Positions 56,782 to 64,000 of a stretch of 64,000 bases of DNA are shown one piece after another (the stretch's first letter is position 1; each line of letters opens with the position of its first letter). The DNA lies in assembly GCA_964509845.1 (NCBI GenBank), contig CAZDZG010000001.1, forward strand, positions 4,078-68,077, written 5' to 3'. The translations under genes and the position numbers were made by a program. The stretch comes from Candidatus Hadarchaeota archaeon. Its GTDB lineage: Archaea; Hadarchaeota; Hadarchaeia; Hadarchaeales; WYZ-LMO6. The notes beneath the pieces are model-generated. The model made no database searches. It was not told where the DNA came from and was given only the letters and a program-made list of their open reading frames with translations.

Positions 56782-59700
56782 TCAGTAGAAAATTCTGGGT
56801 GCGGTTTCCTTTTTGAGCTCGCTCTTGGTGCGGGTGAGGAAGGAGCGGTAGATCTCCTCGGCTTCCGGGGTGAGGGAGGGCTTGACCTTCTTCATGGCCT
56901 CCCGGAAGTGCCTCACGGTCACCTCCTTAGCCTGAAGGTTCTCCCTTAGGGCCAGCATGGCGGCTTCCCTGCAGAGGGCGGCCAGATCGGAGCCCGAGTA
57001 GTGCTCGGTCTCCTTGGCCAGCTGCTCCAGGTCCACATCCTTGGCCAGGGGCATCTTTCGGGTGTGGATCTTCAGGATCTCCAGCCTGGCCTTCTCGTCC
57101 GGAGGAGGCACGTACACCAGCCTGTCGAACCTTCCCGGACGAAGAAGGGCGGGATCGATGAGGTCGGGGCGGTTGGTAGCCCCTATCACCACCACGTTCT
57201 CCAGCTTCTCCAGCCCGTCCAGCTCCGTGAGGAGCTGGCTTATCACGCGCTCCGTCACGTGGGCATCCCCGAAGCCCGACCCCCTCCTGGGCACCAGGGC
57301 ATCCAGCTCGTCAAAAAAGATGATGGCGGGGGCGGCTGTCTTGGCCCTTCGGAAGACTTCCCTGACCCCACGCTCGGAGTTGTGCACCAGCACGTTGCCG
57401 AAGCCCGCGAGGAACCTCTCCGTGGGGTTTATGCTTATGTCGTACACGAAGGGATGGCTGTATGGCTCCCGCCTCTTGGAAACAACGAGATCCCAGTAAA
57501 CATCCCCATCGAAATGTCTCTCGGGGGCCTTCAGCTTTCTGTGCAGTTTCATGTCAGAAAGGTATTTGCGAATCTTCTGCGTCTTTTTCGGATCCATGAA
57601 GCCGATCTCCTCGACAAAGGTGCGCAGGAAGCCCGACCACAGGAACCTGATGCGGTAGCTGATTGCCCCGGTTCGCTCTTTCTTTGGATGGCAGTGCGCA
57701 ACGATGCCGAAGTACTGGAGAAGAAGCAGGAGGTCGTTAGCCAATCGTCTGCTCGTTGAGGAGACCTCCACATACTTTCCGCTGAAGTAGCCGTTCCCGC
57801 TGATGTAACCCCTCAAAAAGGCCGCTACCACGGGCTTCCTTGCCGAAAGGATGGCCGCGGGCACGCTCTTGTGCCTGGCCCCTCCTTTGAGCCCGAGAAC
57901 GTGCTCCATGAAAGCCCTGAGCGGCGGAGAGGAGATTATGACGTCCCTCCCCCTCGAATTCGGTTTTCTGTAGATCTGGACCTTGCCGAAGAGCTTCCTG
58001 CAGAGTCTCGCTATCCTCCCAGCCTCTTTGTCAGACGTGCTCACCCTTACTCCGTATTTCATGTAGGAACCCTCCGCCACCCACAGTCCTAGGAAAAGGG
58101 CAAGATCCTCATCCAGTGGCAACACCCCTGGCAGTTTGTGTTTCCTGTATCTGGAGGTGATCTCCAGCGTACGGGGATCGTACTGGAGGTCAGCGGCCTT
58201 CATGAGCGAGACGAAGGCGTCGAGCTGCATGGCTGCCCTCTTGGTGTACGCGTGGAGGTTCTTCTTGGCTTTTCCCAGGATTTGGGCCACCTTCTCCGCA
58301 CCGAGTTTCTCCACGGCTTTTGCCACAAGGGATTGACCGTTGCTTACGTACAGCTTCAGACCCTTTCCATAGAATCCCTCTATCAGGTTAAACTCCTTCA
58401 CGGACTCAACCGGTTTTATGAACCTTGCCACGGCTATCCTAGACTGATAGGGAACGACCCTATCGGCAGTCACCTCCTCAAAGCCTCCGTTTCTCTTGAC
58501 GAACACGCTGTGTCCACCCGTTACTCGCACCTCTCTCCCAGTTTCGGTTACGAGCACATCTATGTAGGGGGGAGCAGGATGCCTGATGAAATCCACTATT
58601 TTCGAATACTTCATTTGGTAGTCATCCGTGACGGTGGGCGCGTAGAGGTCTCCGTCGTTCTCCTTCTCCACCAGCTCCCCGATCTTCTTCCTCTCCAGCA
58701 CACCATTCCTCAGAACCAGCACTTCCTCGTCGTAAGGCAATGATTCTCCCACCCATTTGGACAGGAGCTCGGGCCCCTTGACGGAGATGAAGTTGGCCTC
58801 GCTCTCCGTGGCCACCGCCCTGGCCAGAAGGGTCTTGCCCGTTCCAGGCGGGCCGAAGAGAAGGATGCCCTTGGGGGGCTCTATGCCCATGCGCTTGAAG
58901 GCGTCGGGATACTTCAGGGGCCACTCCACGGCCTCCCTCAGCTCCATCTTGGCCTCTTCCAGCCCTCCTATGTCCGACCAGTGCACATCGGGTATCTCCA
59001 GCATCACCTCTCTCATGGCGGAGGGCTCCACCACCTTGAGCCCGTTCTCAAAGTCTTCCTTGGTCACCTGCAGCTCCTCCAGGATCTCGGGAGGGATGGT
59101 CTTCTCCTCCAGGTTTATCTTGGGAAGGATCCTGCGGAGGGCGCTCATGGCCGCCTCCTTGCAGAGGGCCTCCAGGTCCGCCCCCACGAAGCCGTGGGTT
59201 ATGTCCGCCAGCCAGTCCAGATCGACGTCCTTGGCGAGGGGCATACCCCGGGTGTGGATCTGCAGAATTTCCTTCCTCCCCTCCCTGTCCGGCACCCCTA
59301 TCTCTATCTCCCTGTCGAACCTACCGGGCCTCCTTATCGCCGGATCCAGGGCGTTGGGGCGGTTGGTGGCCCCTATCACGATCACCTTTCCCCTCGACTT
59401 CAGGCCGTCCAGGACGGTACACAGGGTCGCCACCACCCTCCTCTCCACCTCCCCCGTTACCTCCTCCCTTTTGGGAGCTATGGCGTCCAGCTCATCTATG
59501 AAGACTATGGAGGGGGCGTTCTTCTCCGCATCCTCGAAGATCTTCCTGAGACGTGCCTCGGACTCCCCGTACCACTTGCTCATCACCTCCGGTCCGTTGA
59601 TGGCGAAGAAGTTGGCCCCCGACTCATTGGCCACCGCCTTAGCTATGAGGGTCTTCCCCGTTCCGGGGGGACCGTAAAGCAGCACCCCTTTGGGAGGCTC

Positions 59701-60405
59701 TATGCCTAGCCTGTCGAAGAGTTCCGGGTGCTTGAGGGGAAGCTCTATCATCTCCCTCACCCTTTTCAGCTCCTCCTTCAGTCCCCCTATGTCCTCGTAG
59801 GTCACCGCCGGGACCTTCGCCTCCTTGACCGCCACGGCTTCGGGCAGCACCTCGATCTCCGTGGAGTCCACCACCAGCACGATTCCCGGAGGAAGGGTGG
59901 AGACCACGATGAACCTCATCTCCCCCAGCCCCAGCGGGGTCTCCTCCAAGAAGGAACCGAAGATCTGCTCGATAAGCGGCTCTCCGAACCCCCTCCTGAG
60001 GGAAGCGGTGGTGATGAGGTCCCCCCTGGTAAGGGGCCTGCCCAGCAGGTTCCTCCTCATCACCTCCCCCGGAACCGAAATCCTCACCCCCGGGCTGGCG
60101 GGGGCGAGGGTTACCTTCTTGGCCTCCCTGACCTCCGCCTTCCTCACCAGTACCTTCTCCCCGATGGAAGTTCCGGCGTTGTGTCTGATGAGGCCGTCAA
60201 TCCTTATGATGTCAAGCCCCCTGTCCTCGGAGAACCCCTTCATGGCGATGACTCCCGTGACCTTGCTCCCCTGTATCTCAAGGATATCCCCCGGGTTTAT
60301 CCCGAGCCTTTCGGCGATGTGGTCAGGGATCCTGGCCAGCCCCCTCCCCACGTCGGGCTGGTGGGAGTTCTCGGCCACCGTCAGCCTGACTTCTTTCTCC
60401 GGCAT
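56782..60405 (-). CDS. cdc48: CDC48/VCP-type AAA+ ATPase (N domain, D1, D2) interrupted by an intein in D2
   Basis: Two Walker A/B modules (GPPGTGKT twice). D1 is intact, and D2 reads ...SKWVGE[intein]SERGVREVF...IIFFDELD. Confidence 0.9.
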   Translation of the reverse strand: MPEKEVRLTVAENSHQPDVGRGLARIPDHIAERLGINPGDILEIQGSKVTGVIAMKGFSEDRGLDIIRIDGLIRHNAGTSIGEKVLVRKAEVREAKKVTLAPASPGVRISVPGEVMRRNLLGRPLTRGDLITTASLRRGFGEPLIEQIFGSFLEETPLGLGEMRFIVVSTLPPGIVLVVDSTEIEVLPEAVAVKEAKVPAVTYEDIGGLKEELKRVREMIELPLKHPELFDRLGIEPPKGVLLYGPPGTGKTLIAKAVANESGANFFAINGPEVMSKWYGESEARLRKIFEDAEKNAPSIVFIDELDAIAPKREEVTGEVERRVVATLCTVLDGLKSRGKVIVIGATNRPNALDPAIRRPGRFDREIEIGVPDREGRKEILQIHTRGMPLAKDVDLDWLADITHGFVGADLEALCKEAAMSALRRILPKINLEEKTIPPEILEELQVTKEDFENGLKVVEPSAMREVMLEIPDVHWSDIGGLEEAKMELREAVEWPLKYPDAFKRMGIEPPKGILLFGPPGTGKTLLARAVATESEANFISVKGPELLSKWVGESLPYDEEVLVLRNGVLERKKIGELVEKENDGDLYAPTVTDDYQMKYSKIVDFIRHPAPPYIDVLVTETGREVRVTGGHSVFVKRNGGFEEVTADRVVPYQSRIAVARFIKPVESVKEFNLIEGFYGKGLKLYVSNGQSLVAKAVEKLGAEKVAQILGKAKKNLHAYTKRAAMQLDAFVSLMKAADLQYDPRTLEITSRYRKHKLPGVLPLDEDLALFLGLWVAEGSYMKYGVRVSTSDKEAGRIARLCRKLFGKVQIYRKPNSRGRDVIISSPPLRAFMEHVLGLKGGARHKSVPAAILSARKPVVAAFLRGYISGNGYFSGKYVEVSSTSRRLANDLLLLLQYFGIVAHCHPKKERTGAISYRIRFLWSGFLRTFVEEIGFMDPKKTQKIRKYLSDMKLHRKLKAPERHFDGDVYWDLVVSKRREPYSHPFVYDISINPTERFLAGFGNVLVHNSERGVREVFRRAKTAAPAIIFFDELDALVPRRGSGFGDAHVTERVISQLLTELDGLEKLENVVVIGATNRPDLIDPALLRPGRFDRLVYVPPPDEKARLEILKIHTRKMPLAKDVDLEQLAKETEHYSGSDLAALCREAAMLALRENLQAKEVTVRHFREAMKKVKPSLTPEAEEIYRSFLTRTKSELKKETAPRIFY
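57379..58743 (-). mobile_element. 455-aa intein with a LAGLIDADG homing-endonuclease domain inside cdc48
   Basis: Starts with Ser ([14 protein letters not shown], block A) and ends ...VLVHN followed by +1 Ser. Two LAGLIDADG-like motifs ([13 protein letters not shown] and [14 protein letters not shown]). Locally lower GC and different codon usage. Confidence 0.8.
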
Positions 60406-60441
60406 CTTTTCATCTTCCCCTCTCTCGAATAAAATCCTTAC

Positions 60442-61443
60442 TTACTTAAGGAGCCAGGAAAAGTCAGGATAGCTCTCCCTTCTCCTCACCCTTTCGTTCA
60501 GGTAGTGGGAAAGAAGGGGAAGGGCGATGGTGGCATCGCAGTAGCAGGTTACGTTTTTGCCCTCGGGCGAGATCTTCCCCCAGCTTATGGCCTCCTTCAG
60601 GGTGCATCCGCTCAGGCCCCCCCACACCGGTTGGTCGGTGGTGATCTGAAGGGCGTACTTGTGGGGATAGGGCTTCTCCCCCCCTCGATCGAGGTCCACC
60701 GCCACCGAGAGGAGCTGCACGAAATCCTTGGGAACCCCCCCTCCTATGTAGATGACTCCTCTGTCCTCGTACCTCCTTCCTATCTCCAGCATCTCTCTGA
60801 AATCCTTCCCCTGATCCAGGCATACCTTCTTCTTGGCCTCGAGGAGGGCTATGCCGTATCCGCTGTCGACTATGGCGGGGCAGAAGATGGGAACCTTCTT
60901 CCTGTAGGCCGTGGAGACGATGCACTTTATTCCCCTGGCGTGCAGCCACTTCCCGAACTCCCACAGGAATTCCCTGGAGGAGTAGGGGCGCCCCTCTTCC
61001 AAGGTCTCCATGAAATCTCTTATCAGCCGCTCCATCTTCCGGTACTCCAGCTCATCCGCGTAAACGTCGTAGAAGCGGTCAATTCGGTATCTCAGGAGAT
61101 CTGCATCGTCAACGAAATCCGTCCCCCTCCAGTAGGTCCCCCCCATGGCTTCGAGGATGTCCTCCGAAATGTTGGCCCCCGTCGAAACCAGCACATCAAT
61201 AAACCTTTTCTCTATCAGCCAGCAAACGATTTTCCACATTCCCGTGGTGCTCATGGAGCCCGCGTATCCCAAGAAGATGGTCAGGCCCTTCTTCTTCAGC
61301 ATTTCCTCCCACAGAAGGGCCGCTTCTCCCAGCTTCCTGCCCTGGAAACCCGTCTTGGCCATCTCCTGAAGCAGCTGGGAGAGGCTCTTCTTCCTCACCT
61401 CAATCGTCTCAAGTTTCTCCTTGAAGTAGGGAGTTTTGCGCAT
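60442..61443 (-). CDS. dys: Deoxyhypusine synthase(-like)
   Basis: LVSTGANISEDILE and IGGGVPKDF motifs of the DHS family. Confidence 0.7.
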   Translation of the reverse strand: MRKTPYFKEKLETIEVRKKSLSQLLQEMAKTGFQGRKLGEAALLWEEMLKKKGLTIFLGYAGSMSTTGMWKIVCWLIEKRFIDVLVSTGANISEDILEAMGGTYWRGTDFVDDADLLRYRIDRFYDVYADELEYRKMERLIRDFMETLEEGRPYSSREFLWEFGKWLHARGIKCIVSTAYRKKVPIFCPAIVDSGYGIALLEAKKKVCLDQGKDFREMLEIGRRYEDRGVIYIGGGVPKDFVQLLSVAVDLDRGGEKPYPHKYALQITTDQPVWGGLSGCTLKEAISWGKISPEGKNVTCYCDATIALPLLSHYLNERVRRRESYPDFSWLLK

Positions 61444-61714
61444 CGCCCTTTTTCACGGCAAAACATAAAAAAATTTGTCGGTCCCCGCCAGTTCACCTCC
61501 CGTTACGGCAGCTGGGAAGCGGGGAACCCCGAAAAGGAACGCCAAGTTCGGGAAACGAAGGCGTCGAAAGCCGGAAGGTGAGCGCTTCGCGATTGCCCTC
61601 ATGATCGTCCAGGGAGGAATACGCGTGCCGGAGTGAATGCTCGAGAAGGAAAAGACAGAAAGCGAGAACTGGTCTGTGTCCCCTTTTATTCCCACTTTCC
61701 CCCAAGACCTCTCG

Positions 61715-62134
61715 ATGAAGGGACTCCTAGTCCTCCCCCTGCTCTTTCTCTTATTCCTTCCCTTCGTGCTGGGAGGGAGGGGAGGGGCCACCTTCCACTT
61801 CACGGCAGAGGTGGTGAAGGTGATAGATGGGGATACGCTGGAGGTGAGAATCCTAGAGAGCCGGGGTTGGCCCCCGCCTGGAAAGGTGGAAAAGCTGAGG
61901 CTGGCCGGCGTGGATGCCTTCGAGCTTTCCGAGGCCAGAGGGGTCCTAGCCAAGGCCCTGGTGGACTCCCTGTGCCCTTCTGGGACAAAGGTTTACTGCA
62001 GGCTGGAGCCGGGGAAGGCCAAGGACCCTTATGGAAGGATCCTAGCCCGCGTTTACCTCGAGGGGAAAGAAGGGTGGGTGGAGCTGGGAAGGGAACTGCT
62101 CAGGAGGGAACTGGCCAGAAGGTGGAAAGGCTAG
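61715..62134 (+). CDS. Secreted thermonuclease (staphylococcal-nuclease/SNase-like) with a signal peptide
   Basis: MKGLLVLPLLFLLFLPFVLG signal sequence, then VIDGDTLEV...LRLAGVDAFE SNase motifs; start set at the internal ATG. Confidence 0.75.
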   Translation: MKGLLVLPLLFLLFLPFVLGGRGGATFHFTAEVVKVIDGDTLEVRILESRGWPPPGKVEKLRLAGVDAFELSEARGVLAKALVDSLCPSGTKVYCRLEPGKAKDPYGRILARVYLEGKEGWVELGRELLRRELARRWKG

Positions 62135-62334
62135 CTGCGCCTGCTGGCCAGGCGGATGTCCTCATCGCGCACCGTCCTCCTCCCGGCGTGCTCCGCCAGC
62201 TTGACGGCCTCCGATGCCACAGCCAAGGCATACTCCTCCAGCACTTCCGCCAGCGCCTTGGCGGCATCCTCGCTTACCCGCTTGGCTCCCGCCTTCCTTA
62301 TCAGCCTATCCGCCGTGGCCAGGGGAATTTCCAT
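62131..62334 (-). CDS. Archaeal histone (HMf family), 67 aa
   Basis: MEIPLATADRLIRKAGAKRVSEDAAKALAEVLEEYALAVASEAVKLAEHAGRRTVRDEDIRLA is a histone fold; the upstream part of the track ORF was rejected. Confidence 0.85.
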   Translation of the reverse strand: MEIPLATADRLIRKAGAKRVSEDAAKALAEVLEEYALAVASEAVKLAEHAGRRTVRDEDIRLASRRS

Positions 62335-62401
62335 CCTCGCCACTCCCTTTTTCTTTCTTTTGCCTCTTATTAAGGCTTCTTTTCCTGGGAGACCCCCTTT
62401 T

Positions 62402-63241
62402 TCAACCCTTTGGGCGCAAAAGGAGGTCCAGCACCACGTGATAGATGCCGGGGCCGTAGGATCGCACCAGGCGTCTTCCGGTGACCTCCAGTTTCCATCC
62501 CCTCCTGCCCACCTCCTCCTCCAAGAACCGCAGGGAAGGCGAAAAGGGATCGGGATCGCTGCCCACATCATAGAAGTGAACGATCCCCCCCTCTTCCTTT
62601 AGGGCTTCCAGGGAAGCCCCTATGAAGTTCCTGGCGGCCTCGGGAAGGGGCATGAGCACCCTGTCAGCCCTCCCAGCGAGCTCGGATACCACCTGGGCCG
62701 CATCCCCTAGGAAGGGAAGGACCCTGTCCCCCACCCTGTTGATCCTGATGTTCTCACACATCAACCTGTAAGCCTCCGGGTTCTTGTCTATGGAGTATAT
62801 CCTCCTGGCTCGGGAGTGCCTGGCTATGATGATGGAATAGCACCCCACCCCGGCAAACATGTTCACCACCTCTTCCCCCTCCCGGACAAGCCTGGCTATC
62901 CTCATCCTCTCGTGTGCCAGCCTGGGGGAGAAGTACACCTTGGCCAGGTCCACCTTGAAGATACACCCACTCTCCCGGTGGAGGGTCTCCGTCCTCGGCT
63001 CCCCGGCCACCACCTCCAGCTCCCTGGTCCTGAACTCCCCCTTCACGGGCGAGACTTGGAGGAGCACCGTCTTGAGGTGGCGGTGAACCCTCATCAGGGC
63101 CTCCCCTATTTCCTTCCTCTTAGGCAGGAGCTCGGGGGGAAGCCTGAGTACCCCTATGTCTCCCACCAGGTCGAAGGCCCTGAGCTTTGCCAGCTCCTGC
63201 TCGGTGAGGATTCCCTTCAGCTCCTCCCTCAGGCTTCCCAT
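62402..63241 (-). CDS. Trm5/Taw2-family (Met-10-like) tRNA methyltransferase
   Basis: Class I methyltransferase motifs (VVNMFAGVGCYSI...IYSIDKNP); start chosen at MGSLREEL. Confidence 0.65.
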   Translation of the reverse strand: MGSLREELKGILTEQELAKLRAFDLVGDIGVLRLPPELLPKRKEIGEALMRVHRHLKTVLLQVSPVKGEFRTRELEVVAGEPRTETLHRESGCIFKVDLAKVYFSPRLAHERMRIARLVREGEEVVNMFAGVGCYSIIIARHSRARRIYSIDKNPEAYRLMCENIRINRVGDRVLPFLGDAAQVVSELAGRADRVLMPLPEAARNFIGASLEALKEEGGIVHFYDVGSDPDPFSPSLRFLEEEVGRRGWKLEVTGRRLVRSYGPGIYHVVLDLLLRPKG

Positions 63242-63287
63242 CCAGGAAAGGTGCCGGTCCAAGGCTAAATAGGTGGACCGGAAGAGG

Positions 63288-64000
63288 ATGAAGATGAGAA
63301 GGGTACCCTGGGACCCGGCCCAGCTGCGGAGGGTGAAGGAGCACCCTTGCTTCGATCCCAGGGCCCTCCACCTCTTCGGGAGGATCCACCTTCCGGTGGC
63401 CCCTAGGTGCAACCTCGAGTGCAATTACTGTCTAAGGAAGTTCGACTGCGTGAACGAGTCCAGGCCCGGGGTGACCAGCAGGGTGCTCTCCCCCAGGGAG
63501 GCCCTCAAGAGGCTGGAGGAGGTGATGAAGAGGCATCCCTGGATAAAGGTGGTGGCGGTGGCGGGACCGGGGGAGCCCCTCTTCAACGAGGAGACCTTCG
63601 AGACCTTCAGGCTGGTGAGGAAGAGCTTCCCCCGCCTGCACCGGTGCCTGAGCACCAACGGCCTGCTCCTGCCCGACAGGATAGAGGATCTGGAGGAGGT
63701 GGGGATAGGAACCCTGACGGTGACCATCAACGCGGTGGATCCGAAGGTGGGGGAGAAGATCTACTCTTCCGTTCTTTACCGGGGAAGGACCTATTCGGGG
63801 AGGGAGGGTGCGGAACTTCTGATAAGGAACCAGCTCAGGGGCACGGAGGAGGCCGTGAAAAGAGGAATGGTGGTGAAGGTGAACACGGTGATCATCCCCA
63901 CCATCAACGACGGGCACGTGGTGGAGGTGGCCAAGAAGGTGGGAAGGATGGGGGTTTACAGGCAGAACCTCATCCCCCTCATCCCCCAGTTCAAGTTCTC
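63288..64000 (+). CDS. NifB-type radical SAM protein, 3'-partial: the gene runs off the window end
   Basis: HPCFDPRALHLFGRIHLPVAPRCNLECNYCLRKFDCVNESRPGVTSRVLSPREAL is the hallmark NifB/MoaA-like N-terminal signature. Absent from the ORF track because there is no stop in the window. Confidence 0.7.
   Translation, partial: MKMRRVPWDPAQLRRVKEHPCFDPRALHLFGRIHLPVAPRCNLECNYCLRKFDCVNESRPGVTSRVLSPREALKRLEEVMKRHPWIKVVAVAGPGEPLFNEETFETFRLVRKSFPRLHRCLSTNGLLLPDRIEDLEEVGIGTLTVTINAVDPKVGEKIYSSVLYRGRTYSGREGAELLIRNQLRGTEEAVKRGMVVKVNTVIIPTINDGHVVEVAKKVGRMGVYRQNLIPLIPQFKF

Noticed and set aside
62335-62571. 79-codon upstream extension of the histone ORF
   Set aside because: The histone fold begins at MEIPLA, and the extension overlaps the Trm5-family gene region without histone-like sequence.
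63425-63917. Minus-strand ORFs of 101 and 161 aa
   Set aside because: They are antisense to the clearly recognisable NifB-like radical SAM coding sequence.

Overview
This is a densely coded, visibly GC-rich archaeal chromosomal segment (roughly 60-65% GC by eye, not computed). Codon usage is AGG/ATA-rich, as in hyperthermophilic archaea. I support about 75 protein genes and one tRNA-Ile(GAU), and I found no rRNA, CRISPR array or transposon. The central feature is the archaeal exosome/proteasome superoperon (Pop5-PsmA-SBDS-Rrp4-Rrp41-Rrp42-L37ae-RpoP-Pcc1-prefoldin beta). It sits inside a ~19 kb run of about 32 minus-strand genes with many ATGA start/stop overlaps, which also carries ilvB-ilvN-ilvC-ilvD-leuC-leuD-leuB-argH-argG, a short SerA-like dehydrogenase and L15e. 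A second, plus-strand arg cluster (argG paralog-argC-argJ-argB-argD-argF) lies about 18 kb away, so the window holds two ArgG paralogs. Other modules are: a DtxR-FeoA fusion repressor with FeoB and a downstream 59-aa ferredoxin missing from the ORF track; a divergent nikR / cooC-NUDIX-MBL unit; purN-purD; a presenilin-like intramembrane protease; KEOPS subunits Pcc1 and Cgi121; aIF2-beta; an archaeal histone; a secreted SNase; and a nucleoside hydrolase-ribokinase operon next to prs. The one clear mobile element is a 455-aa LAGLIDADG intein in the D2 domain of the CDC48/VCP AAA+ ATPase. The most unusual pairing is a compact HDAC-family deacetylase translationally coupled (ATGA) to a stand-alone radical SAM enzyme with a Cx4Cx2C cluster motif. 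Many long ORFs in the supplied track are antisense or alternate-frame artefacts of the GC-rich sequence and were not called. Most of the window is core housekeeping; I found no defence-type system.
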